The position numbers and the translations under genes were made by a program. The notes under the pieces were generated by a model. It had not been told where the DNA came from and did not search any database. It saw only the letters and a list, made by a program, of their open reading frames with translations. Shown piece after piece: positions 9,284 to 18,783 of a stretch of 64,000 bases of DNA. The stretch's first letter is position 1. The number at the start of each line of letters is the position of its first letter. The stretch covers positions 5,435 through 69,434 of the forward strand of contig DIXA01000026.1 of the NCBI GenBank assembly GCA_002428565.1, read 5' to 3'. The stretch comes from Anaerolineales bacterium UBA6092 (lineage in GTDB: Bacteria; Chloroflexota; Anaerolineae; Anaerolineales; UBA4823).

Positions 9284-10120
9284 TTGAGCGTTGATGTCAA
9301 AGGGCAAATAAGTATTTCAGGATCAATGATCTCCGTGTCCATTCGAAAATACCCATACTACCTTGCTTCTATCTTATCCTTACTGACCGGTATAGAAGCG
9401 CCCCTCATGGTTGTACGCGTCTTTCTGGGTCTATCCGCGCCCCCAAACCCTGTCATCCGCCTGCGCAAAAGCGGCCTGCGCTTTCAGGTGCGCGGCGCGA
9501 TGGATATTTGGAGCATTAAAGAAGCTCTGTTGGATCAATTCTACAGAAAATTTGGTACAGAAATTGGCGATGGCTGGTCGATTGTCGATATCGGAGCCGG
9601 CATCGGAGAATTCACGATCTATGCTGCCCATGGCCATGCCAATAATACGGTGTACGCTTTCGAGCCGTTCCCTGAGTCGTTCGCCATTTTGCAGAATAAC
9701 CTCAGCCGCAACCACCTGACCGGGGTACAGGTATTCAATGAGGCCATTGGGGCTGAAACGGGCACCTTGATCTTATCTTTATCGAATGACGAACCGCTGC
9801 AATTCAGCACCGCGGCGTCTGCTGCCTCGTCCATTTCTGTGCCTGCCCTGAGCCTCAGGGATGCCTTTCAACGCCTGGGATTGCAACGCTGCCATTTACT
9901 CAAGCTAGACTGCGAAGGGGCCGAGTATTCCATCTTATTCAACGCGCCAGATTCGGTTCTTGAATCCATCGATCATATTGTGATGGAATATCACGATGGC
10001 ATTACCCAGTACAACCACGGCGATCTGGCTAAATTTCTCATCAGCAAGGGGTTCCAGGTGAACGTGCAAGGCAACTACGTGCATGCTGACCTGGGATACT
10101 TGCATGCCTATCGAGGATAA
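9284..10120 (+). CDS. FkbM family methyltransferase
   Basis: DIGAGIGEFTIYAA...VYAFEPFPESFAILQNNL...LKLDCEGAEYSIL. The start codon is uncertain; the ORF opens on TTG. Confidence 0.75.
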   Translation: MSVDVKGQISISGSMISVSIRKYPYYLASILSLLTGIEAPLMVVRVFLGLSAPPNPVIRLRKSGLRFQVRGAMDIWSIKEALLDQFYRKFGTEIGDGWSIVDIGAGIGEFTIYAAHGHANNTVYAFEPFPESFAILQNNLSRNHLTGVQVFNEAIGAETGTLILSLSNDEPLQFSTAASAASSISVPALSLRDAFQRLGLQRCHLLKLDCEGAEYSILFNAPDSVLESIDHIVMEYHDGITQYNHGDLAKFLISKGFQVNVQGNYVHADLGYLHAYRG

Positions 10121-10128
10121 ACCCACCA

Positions 10129-10917
10129 GTGAGCAACGATTTTCTCTGGCCGCAGCTAAAGGAACTACCTGCTTTTCGCGCCCTCATCCGCGCCAGCGAG
10201 GCGCGTTTACTGGCAGAACTGGGCCCTTTGCCCCAGCCCATCTTAGACTTGGGTTGTGGTGATGGTCATTTTGCACAGGTCACTTTGGGCCAGGTTGGTG
10301 TCGGCATCGACCTGGACGCTGCCAATTTGCTTGAGGCGCGGGAACGTAAGGTGTACGCTTCGCTGAGCCGCGCCAGCGCGACTACCCTGCCATTCGCTAA
10401 TCATACGTTCGCTTGCATTATCAGCAATTGCGTCATTGAGCATATTCCTGATAATGATGCGGTGATGCACGAGGTGGCGCGCGTGCTGCGCCCGGGAGGC
10501 CGATTTATCTTTTCGGTTCCCACCGACCGCCTGAACGCCAGCCTGTTTGTGCCCGCGTTTTTGAAGCGCTTCGGTGCACATGGCCTGGCCCGTAAATACA
10601 TAGATTGGTTTACACGAATGCAGGTGCACTTTCATATGTATAGCCCGAACGAGTGGCAGCGGCGCGTGGAAGCGGTTGGGCTGCGTGTTGTTCAACAAAC
10701 GGGGTATATATCGCCGCGCGCAGCCAGGGTGATGGAATTTGGCCATTATTGGGGCTTAGGCAACCTGATCTCCCGTAAACTGACGCGTCGTTGGGTGTTA
10801 TGGCCCTGGCGCCCGCGCTTTGCATTGGAAGAGGCTGTGCTCGGACCGATGGTGATGGAAAATGACCCTCCCGGTGCAACCTGCGTTTTCTTTGTAGCGA
10901 TCAAAGATCAACCCTAG
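10129..10917 (+). CDS. class I SAM-dependent methyltransferase (Methyltransf_11-like)
   Basis: ILDLGCGDGHF...VGIDLD...IISNCVIEHIPDNDAVMHEVARVLRPGGRFIFSVP. Confidence 0.8.
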   Translation: MSNDFLWPQLKELPAFRALIRASEARLLAELGPLPQPILDLGCGDGHFAQVTLGQVGVGIDLDAANLLEARERKVYASLSRASATTLPFANHTFACIISNCVIEHIPDNDAVMHEVARVLRPGGRFIFSVPTDRLNASLFVPAFLKRFGAHGLARKYIDWFTRMQVHFHMYSPNEWQRRVEAVGLRVVQQTGYISPRAARVMEFGHYWGLGNLISRKLTRRWVLWPWRPRFALEEAVLGPMVMENDPPGATCVFFVAIKDQP

Positions 10918-10946
10918 ATAACCACATTATTTCTCCCGAGAACTAT

Positions 10947-13172
10947 ATGGCTAATGAATCACCAACCGTTCTTGACTATGTAAAGTCCCTCCTGAAGGGC
11001 AAACCCATCCATATACCCCCTTTGCCGAGTCAACTAGAGGCATACGTTTCTCAAGAGGGGGGGGCATCCCCAGAACAGACTTTTACCCCCATCGCACCTG
11101 AACTTGCGGTTGTGGAACCAAAAGCCGATTTGACTGGCGCTTCAATTTCTAACGATATCATCATTCCGCCTCCGCCTGCACAGCCAGTGGAATTTCCCTG
11201 GCGCGCCCTGGGGGCGTTGGGGCTGGCGTTGGCGGCGCAAATTTCTCTCGAACCGCGCCCAGATCGCGGCTGGGCCATCGGGGCAATCTTGTATTTCCTG
11301 GCCGCGGTGTGTGTCCTTTGGGCCAACGCCAGGCATGAGTGGAAGACGAGCGCCCTGCCTGCTCACACCGAAGGCAGCGCGGATTACCGGGTGCGCCCGA
11401 TCGCTATCTACATTGGCCTGCCGTTCGTGCTGCTGGCCTTCCTGTCATTTAGCGACAACCGTTTCACGGGCATCAATGTCACCCTGTGGCTGTTAGCCAT
11501 TGCCTGCTTCCTGTGGGCATTCTGGCAGCCCCGCCTTGCCGCGTCGGCAGGCACTTCCAGCTGGGCGTGGGTCAAGAGCCTGCCCAGCCAGTTGCGTTTG
11601 CCCTGGAAGATCTCCTTCTCGGGTTGGGCGCTGCTGATCCTGGCGGCGAGCGCGCTGGTGATCTTTTTCCGCATCTACCGCCTGAGCCAGGTGCCGCCCG
11701 AAATGGTCAGCGACCAGGCCGAGAAGTTGTTGGATGTGTGGGATGTGCTGAATGGCCAGGCGAGCATCTTTTTCTCACGCAATACAGGCCGCGAGGCCTT
11801 TCAAATGTATTTGACCGCAGCGGTTATCAAGGTCTTTGGCACAGGATACTCGTTCCTTAGCCTAAAGATTGGTACGGTTTTGTGCGGCCTTCTCACGCTG
11901 CCTTTCATTTACGGGTTGGGAAAAGAAGCAGGCAACCGCCGTGCAGGGCTGTTTGCGATGGTGTTGGCTGGGGTTGCGTATTGGCCAAATGTGGTCTCGC
12001 GGGCAGGGCTGCGGTATACGCTTTATCCATTCTTTGCCGCCGCTACGCTCTACTTCCTGGTGCGAGGGCTTCGCTCACGTAAGCCCAATGATTTTCTGTT
12101 AGCGGGGTTATTCTTGGGAGCCGGGTTGCATGGCTACAGTCCCTTTCGCATTGTGCCATTTGTGGTCATAGCGGCCATACTTTTGTATGTGCTGCATCGC
12201 CAGTCGCAGGGTGCCCGGTGGCAAGCGTTCTGGTGGCTGGGAATCGTGACGGTAGTGTCCCTGGTTGTTTTCCTGCCCTTGCTGCGTTATATGGTTGACG
12301 ACCCGAACATGGTTGCCTACCGCGCCCTCACGCGTATCGGTTCATTGGAACGACCACTTCCCGGCCCAGCCTGGCAGATCTTCCTAAAAAACCTATGGAA
12401 CGCGTTGACTATGTTTGCATGGGATAATGGCGAGGTTTGGGTAATTTCGATTCCACACCGTCCGGCGTTGGATATCGTCTCGGGGGCGCTCTTCCACCTG
12501 GGCGTAGTGCTGGTATTGGTGCGCTACCTGCGCCAGCGTCACTGGCTGGATATTTTCCTGTTGGTTTCGATACCGCTGCTATTGTTGTCCTCGATCCTTT
12601 CGCTGGCTTTCCCCTCTGAGAATCCTATCCTGAACCGCACAGGGGCCGCCTTTGTGCCTGCTTTTGTGATGATTGGCTTGGCACTGGACGGTTTGTTGAC
12701 GGGGATTGAGCAGAAAATGGCGACCTGGGGGAAGTCACTGGGTTGGGGGCTGGCGCTGGTGCTGATTGCCTGGTCTTCATTTAACAATTATGATCTGCTA
12801 TTTATCCAATATCAGAACCTTTACAAGCAATCGGCCTGGAATACAAGCGAAATGGGCCAGGTCGTTCACGATTTCGGTGAAATTTTTGGGTCTACCGAAA
12901 CGGTCTGGTTGGTTGGTTATCCCTATTGGGTAGATAGCCGCCTGGTAGGTATCAACGCGGGCGTGGTAACGCGCGACATGGCCATCTGGCCGGAGCAATT
13001 CTCAACCACTTTGAGCGAACCACGCGCCAAGATGTTCCTGATCAATCCGCAAGATGAAGCTTCGGCCAATCTCTTGCAGCAGGTCTACCCCCAGGGGGCG
13101 TTAATCCTGTACGACTCACGCGTGGACAAGGATTTTTATATCTACCTGGTTCCACCACAGATATCAAAGTAG
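10947..13172 (+). CDS. GT-C fold glycosyltransferase, ArnT/PMT (GT39/GT83)-like, polytopic membrane protein
   Basis: 741 aa with many TM helices. Contains LKIGTVLCGLLTLPFIYGLGKEAGNRRAGLFAMVLAGVAYW...YTLYPFF...LGAGLHGYSPFR, typical of PMT_2-type enzymes. Confidence 0.7.
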   Translation: MANESPTVLDYVKSLLKGKPIHIPPLPSQLEAYVSQEGGASPEQTFTPIAPELAVVEPKADLTGASISNDIIIPPPPAQPVEFPWRALGALGLALAAQISLEPRPDRGWAIGAILYFLAAVCVLWANARHEWKTSALPAHTEGSADYRVRPIAIYIGLPFVLLAFLSFSDNRFTGINVTLWLLAIACFLWAFWQPRLAASAGTSSWAWVKSLPSQLRLPWKISFSGWALLILAASALVIFFRIYRLSQVPPEMVSDQAEKLLDVWDVLNGQASIFFSRNTGREAFQMYLTAAVIKVFGTGYSFLSLKIGTVLCGLLTLPFIYGLGKEAGNRRAGLFAMVLAGVAYWPNVVSRAGLRYTLYPFFAAATLYFLVRGLRSRKPNDFLLAGLFLGAGLHGYSPFRIVPFVVIAAILLYVLHRQSQGARWQAFWWLGIVTVVSLVVFLPLLRYMVDDPNMVAYRALTRIGSLERPLPGPAWQIFLKNLWNALTMFAWDNGEVWVISIPHRPALDIVSGALFHLGVVLVLVRYLRQRHWLDIFLLVSIPLLLLSSILSLAFPSENPILNRTGAAFVPAFVMIGLALDGLLTGIEQKMATWGKSLGWGLALVLIAWSSFNNYDLLFIQYQNLYKQSAWNTSEMGQVVHDFGEIFGSTETVWLVGYPYWVDSRLVGINAGVVTRDMAIWPEQFSTTLSEPRAKMFLINPQDEASANLLQQVYPQGALILYDSRVDKDFYIYLVPPQISK

Positions 13173-13280
13173 ATCAATCTATGTATGAATGTAACACCGC
13201 TCCACTTATAGTGCCCTAACCCCATGCACACCGCTGCGGCCCAGGTGGGGATGCCTGGGGCGCAGCGATTGATTGTTTTG

Positions 13281-13321
13281 AACATCTGGAGCATCTCTGG
13301 TACCGGGATGCTCCAGATGTT
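13281..13321. terminator. 15-bp stem hairpin between convergent genes
   Basis: aacatctggagcatc ... gatgctccagatgtt, between the GT gene (+) and the rhomboid gene (-). Confidence 0.5.
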
Positions 13322-13337
13322 CGTAGATCGCAGAAAG

Positions 13338-13991
13338 TTAACCGGTAGTCAGTCGGGGCGACGAACCACCTCTCAACAAAAAGGTCAGTGCAAACCCTGC
13401 GATAAATCCGCCGATGTGGGCCATGTAAGCCACACCACCTGTCTGCGCTGGGCCGACAATCGAACCGATGCCGCTAAATAACTGCAGAACGATCCAGAAC
13501 CCAATCACGATCAGCGCGGGCACCGGGATGACTCGTTGTCCCTGCAATACTTTTACGCTTCCCTTAGGGAACAGTAAAATGTAAGCGCCAAGCACCCCCG
13601 CAACCGCCCCCGATGCTCCCAAATTGGGCACATCTGAGTTGAGGCTAAACGCCAACTGGGCAAAAGTTGCCGCAAGCCCACAGAGCAGGTAGAAGATGGT
13701 GAACTTAACATGCCCGAAACGATCTTCCACATTGTCGCCGAAGATCCATAAGTAGAGCATGTTGCCTCCCAGATGAACCAATCCGGCGTGCATGAACATG
13801 GACGTGAAAAGCGTGGGGAAATCACCGATGGGATTGGCAAGGAAGCGGCTGGGAACGAAAGCCCATTTCATAATAAAATCGTCACCGCCAGCCAGCTCCA
13901 CCAAGAAAAACAGGATGTTCAGAGCGATCAGCGCATACGTGACCAGCGGAATAGTTTTGCGAGAGCTATTATCATCACCAATTGGGAGCAT
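13338..13991 (-). CDS. rhomboid family intramembrane serine protease
   Basis: FMHAGLVHLGGNMLYLWIFG, GASGAVAGVLGAY (catalytic Ser) and HIGGFIAGF (catalytic His). Confidence 0.85.
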   Translation of the reverse strand: MLPIGDDNSSRKTIPLVTYALIALNILFFLVELAGGDDFIMKWAFVPSRFLANPIGDFPTLFTSMFMHAGLVHLGGNMLYLWIFGDNVEDRFGHVKFTIFYLLCGLAATFAQLAFSLNSDVPNLGASGAVAGVLGAYILLFPKGSVKVLQGQRVIPVPALIVIGFWIVLQLFSGIGSIVGPAQTGGVAYMAHIGGFIAGFALTFLLRGGSSPRLTTG

Positions 13992-14123
13992 AGGATTTAC
14001 CTCCTGATATGCTTGTGTGGATCATTTTTAAGCCAAAAAATGTTCTTGAACCTTCGCCGCAATCTGGCGATCGGTCATCTGTCAGCGGTTTCAACCCAAT
14101 TTCTTTTTTGATGATCAATCTCC

Positions 14124-15656
14124 TTATCGGTGTTGGGACGGGTTAACTTTCTTGAAGTCAATAAATCCCTGCTCAATATCTGTTTCGATCAACTGCACAC
14201 GCAGCCGGTCGCCAACATCCACGCCAGCGAACCCCTGCACCAATTTGCCTTCCACCGGCAAGCTGAGAATCCGGACCCAGGTGCCTTTCTCTGAAGCGCC
14301 CGTGACAATCGCATCGAACTGCTCCCCGATTCTCGATTCGAGCAGCAGCGCAGCCGCGGATTTTTCGACCTGACGTTCAACTTTGGTGGCGACATCTTCT
14401 GCTGCGGTGCAATGCGCTGCCAGCACATCCAACTCATCTTTGGTGTATGGCACTGGCTGACCTGCTATGGCTGCTTTCAGCAATCGTTGGGTGAGCAGGT
14501 CAGGATAGCGCCGATTAGGGGCTGTCGAGTGACTATAGTCTTTGACTGCCAGGCCAAAATGGCCGGGGGCATTCCCTTCAGGGAGTTCTGCCACATATTC
14601 GCCGTTTCCCAGAAGTTTGATCACTGCCAGGGATAAGTCGGGGAAACGCAGGGGATCAGCAGCTTTCTCCTGAATGAGAAACTTCTCCAGCGCTTTTGAA
14701 TCAGGGGTCCCGGGAAGCTTGATCCCATGCTCCCTGGCAATTTCAATAATCCGCTCCCAGCGTTTTGGCTTGCGTACCACGCGACGGATCGAGGGGAATT
14801 TCTTGGCGGAGAGATAGCGAGCAGTCACGCCGTTCGCCGCGATCATAATATCTTCGATAATCTCCTTGGCACGGTTCTTTTTCTCTATTTCCAGCGCGCG
14901 GATTTGGTCGCCATCAAATGCCGGCTTGGCCTGGATGGTCTCCAGGCTAAGCGCCCCGTGAATGTGCCGTACATTTTTCATCTTTTGGGTTGCCTGCTCT
15001 TGCAGGCGCAGATTCTCCTCCAGCCCAGTCACGGCTGCCACCGCCTCGGGAAGCGCTCCCCTCCCTTCCAGCCAGGCAGCCAGGCTGTTATAGGCCAGCC
15101 TGGCGTGGTTACAGACCCATGCCTGATAGATGTTCGAATCTTGCAAAGCTCCGTCCGCACCAATCACCATTTCGATCACAATGGCAAGGCGCTCCTGCTC
15201 AAAATTCAAGGATGTGATGTCCGTCGAAATTTTTTCGGGCAGCATCGGAAAAATCTCGGCCGCGGTATAAACTGAGGTGGTGTTCTGACGGGCGTGTTGG
15301 TCAATCGCGGAATTAGATTTCACCACCGCGTCCACATCCGCGATGGCGACTAAAATCTTCACCTGGCCTGCAGGCATGGCCTCGGCAACCGTCAATTGAT
15401 CCAGGTCACGCGAGTCATCGTTGTCGATGGAAGCCCATAAAAGGCTCCGCAGGTCACGAATCTGGCGCTCGGGCGGTTTCTGCCCGCCAGCACCGTCTGC
15501 CCCAACTCTCTTCATCGCGGGCGCCTGCATTCTATCTAGTTCAGCGAGTGCTGCGGCAGAAAAATCGGGGAGCAAACCGTGCTCAAGCATTGCCCGGCGG
15601 GCGATGCTCTGTAAAAGCGTGCGGTGCTGTCGATCATCGTGCGCTGTATATGTCAT
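14124..15656 (-). CDS. RNB domain ribonuclease (RNase II/R family) with C-terminal S1-like domain
   Basis: SIDNDDSRDLDQLTVAE...TSVYT...ERLAIV...HFGLAVKDYSHSTAPNRRYPDLLTQRLL. The ORF extends to 15701, but ATG 15656 (MTYTAHDD) is the more likely start. Confidence 0.8.
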   Translation of the reverse strand: MTYTAHDDRQHRTLLQSIARRAMLEHGLLPDFSAAALAELDRMQAPAMKRVGADGAGGQKPPERQIRDLRSLLWASIDNDDSRDLDQLTVAEAMPAGQVKILVAIADVDAVVKSNSAIDQHARQNTTSVYTAAEIFPMLPEKISTDITSLNFEQERLAIVIEMVIGADGALQDSNIYQAWVCNHARLAYNSLAAWLEGRGALPEAVAAVTGLEENLRLQEQATQKMKNVRHIHGALSLETIQAKPAFDGDQIRALEIEKKNRAKEIIEDIMIAANGVTARYLSAKKFPSIRRVVRKPKRWERIIEIAREHGIKLPGTPDSKALEKFLIQEKAADPLRFPDLSLAVIKLLGNGEYVAELPEGNAPGHFGLAVKDYSHSTAPNRRYPDLLTQRLLKAAIAGQPVPYTKDELDVLAAHCTAAEDVATKVERQVEKSAAALLLESRIGEQFDAIVTGASEKGTWVRILSLPVEGKLVQGFAGVDVGDRLRVQLIETDIEQGFIDFKKVNPSQHR

Positions 15657-15737
15657 AATAATATCTCCGATTAGGAACACTAAGCGAGCGCCGTGCGGCA
15701 AGAGAAGCCGGCTCGGTCACCGAACCGGAAGTATCCG

Positions 15738-15826
15738 TCCGAAAATTATGGGGGTGTGGGTGTTTGGCGGGGCGCAGCCCCGCCAAACACCCACCTCTCC
15801 CCCAATTTCCGGATAGGTTCTAAGGG
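15738..15826. repeat. about 85-bp quasi-palindromic repeat, copy 1
   Basis: tccgaaaattatgggggtgtgggtgtttggcggggcgcagccccgccaaacacccacctctcccccaatttccggataggttct. The inverted near-identical copy is at 16863-16951. Confidence 0.7.
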
Positions 15827-15839
15827 AAATCTGGTTCGG

Positions 15840-16094
15840 TTAGCGTCTGCGGCGGATCAGGCGGACGATCACCAGCAGGATGATGGCCCCAAGCAAAGTG
15901 ACCAGCATGGTTGGAATGGTGATCGCATCGTTGATCGTCCCAATATTGAACAGGGGGCTAAGCAAGAAGCCCGCCAGGAATGCGCCTACGATAGCCACAA
16001 CGATGTTGATCAGCAGGTTAGAGCGGTCGTGCATGATTTCGGTTGCAATCCAGCCGATTACTGCAGCAGCGATCAGGTAAATGATAATGTTCAT
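15840..16094 (-). CDS. GlsB/YeaQ/YmgE family (transglycosylase-associated) small membrane protein
   Basis: MNIIIYLIAAAVIGWIATEIM...IVVAIVGAFLAGFL. 84 aa. Confidence 0.8.
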   Translation of the reverse strand: MNIIIYLIAAAVIGWIATEIMHDRSNLLINIVVAIVGAFLAGFLLSPLFNIGTINDAITIPTMLVTLLGAIILLVIVRLIRRRR

Positions 16095-16159
16095 CTCTAT
16101 CTCCTATGTGAATGTTTGAATTACACGGAATACTGTTTGCCAAAGCAAAGACGGAAATT

Positions 16160-16801
16160 TTATAGATGCATCTCCTTCTCCAGGCGAAAGGCAGCTGGTA
16201 AAAGTTCACCATATCCCTGCAGACTTTCTCGCAGGCGCAGGCGGGCGCGAGCCAGGCGGCTCTTGACCGTGCCCAACGGCACGCGCACAACACTGGCCGC
16301 TTCACGGTAGTTCATGCCTAAAACATCCACCAGCACAACCATAGTGCGGAAGTCTATGGGCAGGGCGTTCAGGCAGCGCTGGATGGCGCGTTCGAGTTCA
16401 GCCGCCTCAAATTGATCTTCCGGCAATAAACCCGGATCGGCCAACCAGGGCGGAGTTTCTATTTCCTCGCCATCATCATTGGCAGGCTCAAGCGCCACCA
16501 TAGGATGGCGCTTTTGGCGGCGCAGTTCATCGTAACAGGCATTGGTAACAATGCGCATCAGCCAGGCTCTGAGGGAGCCGCCGCGAAAATGATGCATGCT
16601 GCGATAGGCCGAACAGAAAGCCTCTTGTGTGGCGTCGTCGGCAAGTTCATGGTTGCCGAGAATACGCAGGGCAACGTTGAAAAGAGAATCCTGATGGGTT
16701 AAGACAAGATGGTTGAAAGAGTCCAGGTCGCCGGGCTGGGCATCAAGGATAAGCATCGGATTTGTGGAGAGTACCTGTTCTTGATAGATTAACTGATCCA
16801 T
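16160..16801 (-). CDS. ECF-type RNA polymerase sigma-70 family factor
   Basis: Region 2 is FNHLVLTHQDSLFNVALRILGNHELADDATQEAF...LRAWLMRIVTNACYDELRR. Region 4 is NYREAASVVRVPLGTVKSRLARARLRL. ATG 16801 (MDQLIYQ) is preferred, because the upstream ORF extension runs through the palindromic repeat. Confidence 0.85.
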   Translation of the reverse strand: MDQLIYQEQVLSTNPMLILDAQPGDLDSFNHLVLTHQDSLFNVALRILGNHELADDATQEAFCSAYRSMHHFRGGSLRAWLMRIVTNACYDELRRQKRHPMVALEPANDDGEEIETPPWLADPGLLPEDQFEAAELERAIQRCLNALPIDFRTMVVLVDVLGMNYREAASVVRVPLGTVKSRLARARLRLRESLQGYGELLPAAFRLEKEMHL

Positions 16802-16862
16802 TTTGTGACCATTTTGCTGAGTCGATATGGAGTTCCTCACAACTGCAGCAGCACTTGTTGGA

Positions 16863-16951
16863 ACTTTAGAACCAATCCGGAAATTGAGGGAGAGGTGGGT
16901 GTTTGGCCGGGCGTAGCCCGGCCAAACACCCACACCCCCAGAATTTTCGGA
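16863..16951. repeat. about 85-bp quasi-palindromic repeat, copy 2 (inverted), in the sigma-gene leader
   Basis: By eye, the reverse complement matches 15738-15826 at most positions. Lies between the SARP-box promoter (16967-16996) and the sigma start codon. Confidence 0.7.
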
Positions 16952-16966
16952 TAGATACTTAGTTTA

Positions 16967-16996
16967 AGTATAAGGATCTAACGTCTCAAAAGCGTC
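16967..16996 (-). promoter_or_regulatory. SARP-box-like promoter upstream of the ECF sigma gene
   Basis: Minus strand reads GTGACGC-tttt-GAGACGT-tagatcct-TATACT. Spacing is the same as in the other four boxes. Confidence 0.45.
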
Positions 16997-17051
16997 ACAT
17001 ACGCCACAATACCGATTCTCGTCAGGGCAATTGCATCTTTTCGATCGTCTC

Positions 17052-18731
17052 TCACCGGAAAATCAAAGGCAAGAGAACAGTGTGGGTGTACACAGGTGGT
17101 TCAGTCTCTAGCGCCAGAATGCTGGCCGCCCATAAGATGCAATCGGGCGAGTTATTGTCTCCGAGCGGATCGTTGGAGATGGTGGTGGTAGCGTCGGGTT
17201 CGACAATCAAGCCGCTCACATCGAATCTCAATGTGGCCCAAAAATCGCCGTCCACCCCATTGAATACACCGTTGGCGATATTCTGACCCTCAAAGGAAAT
17301 GCTGCCATCGTCCCACTGCGTCTGCCCGTCTCCAATGAGATAAGTGATGTGGACCTGTGCAACAGGCTGATCGGCCGTAAAGGGGCCCAGGAGATCTGAA
17401 AAGGTACTGGTCACCAGGTCAAGGGTCACCGCGCCATCATGAATGATCACGGTGCGGAAAAGACCAGGAGCTCTGTAAATCACTACCAGTGATGCACCTT
17501 GCGAGTCGTTGCCACCCGCCAGGTAACTCGGCAGTCCGCTGATCGTGTAATCTCCATTGCCGTCTACCAGGCTGGTTACCTCAGCCCGGTAAACAAAGTT
17601 GGCTGGCGCACCCCAGCAGGTATCTCCTGAGGTGCCAATACGCTGCCCGCTCACGGTATTCCCATCGAACTGCACGTTGGTATACACGTCCGAGCCGCCC
17701 AGAGTGGCCCAGTAAAGGAAGGCTCGCTCCACTTTGCTGTTAACAGGGACACCCGAGAGGTTGATCGTCCCCTGCCCGATTCCGCGCAGGCCCACGCCGG
17801 CTGAGGTCACGTCTCCAAACAGTGTTTGATGGAAGGATTCGGACATCTGGTTGCTCGTTTGCGGGGCGGCAGCCGTTACGGAAAAAATAGTGGCGACCCA
17901 CAACAGGCAGTCTGTCTGGCTGGGGTCGCTCGGATCGCTGTTGCTCAACGTGGTCGCCGCGCTGCTGCCGCTCGTCAGGCTGGTCACATCAAATGTGGGC
18001 GAATCCCAATACAATCCATCTTCTTCGGAGAATGCCCCGCTCGCCAGTAGCGTTTCGTTGAAGGTGGCGTTGTCTCCATCCCACTCGGCCTGCCCATCGC
18101 CCACCAGATAGGTGACCTGCGCATTGTCTACGGGAGAACTGGCTGTAAACCCGCGGATGGTGTTGGTATAACTTGTGGGATCAAAATTGAGGGCCACCGC
18201 GCCATCATTGATCACAATGGTGGTCAGCGGGGCAGTGCTCTGACGGTAGACCACTACCAGGGATGCCCCCTGAGAGTCATTGCCTCCAGCCAGGTTGCCT
18301 GGCAGCCCGGCTATTGTATAGATTCCGTTACCGCCCACCAGATTGGTTACATTGGCGCGGTACACAAAATTATTCTGTACACCCCAACAAGTGTCACCCG
18401 TAGTGCCGATTAACTGTCCGGCAGCGGGCTGGCCGTTCAGGGTTGGCTGCATGTACGTGTTGGCGAAGCCCAGCGTTGCCCAATAAAGATAGGCCTGGTA
18501 AATGCTGGCTCCGATCGGAACGCCGGTCAGGTTGATCTGCCCGCTGCCAACCCCGCGCAGGCCCACCCCTGCATCCGTTACACCGCCATACAGGGTAAAT
18601 ACCTGAAACTGCCCCAGAGCGTTATTTCCGCTTGAAATCTGCTGTGCTGCTGCCAAAGGCGCATGCCCAAGCAGGGCAATCAACAGAGATAGCCCTGCAA
18701 CAATCGTTAGCCAATGATTTAATCGTTTCAT
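17052..18731 (-). CDS. secreted protein made of two tandem ~270-aa homologous modules (possibly DUF3344-like); C-terminal LLPLIFR tail
   Basis: Signal peptide MKRLNHWLTIVAGLSLLIALLGHAPLAAAQ. Both halves carry GVGLRG.G.G.INL.GVP...YLYWATLG...GDTCWG...NFVYRA.VT.LV.GNG.YTI.GLP..LAGGNDSQGASLVV.YR. Ends in VLLPLIFR. Confidence 0.75.
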   Translation of the reverse strand: MKRLNHWLTIVAGLSLLIALLGHAPLAAAQQISSGNNALGQFQVFTLYGGVTDAGVGLRGVGSGQINLTGVPIGASIYQAYLYWATLGFANTYMQPTLNGQPAAGQLIGTTGDTCWGVQNNFVYRANVTNLVGGNGIYTIAGLPGNLAGGNDSQGASLVVVYRQSTAPLTTIVINDGAVALNFDPTSYTNTIRGFTASSPVDNAQVTYLVGDGQAEWDGDNATFNETLLASGAFSEEDGLYWDSPTFDVTSLTSGSSAATTLSNSDPSDPSQTDCLLWVATIFSVTAAAPQTSNQMSESFHQTLFGDVTSAGVGLRGIGQGTINLSGVPVNSKVERAFLYWATLGGSDVYTNVQFDGNTVSGQRIGTSGDTCWGAPANFVYRAEVTSLVDGNGDYTISGLPSYLAGGNDSQGASLVVIYRAPGLFRTVIIHDGAVTLDLVTSTFSDLLGPFTADQPVAQVHITYLIGDGQTQWDDGSISFEGQNIANGVFNGVDGDFWATLRFDVSGLIVEPDATTTISNDPLGDNNSPDCILWAASILALETEPPVYTHTVLLPLIFR

Positions 18732-18783
18732 CTCATTTTCTCCTTATGCTTGGGGGTGCTGTTAGAGCCAGATAGATGTTTAT

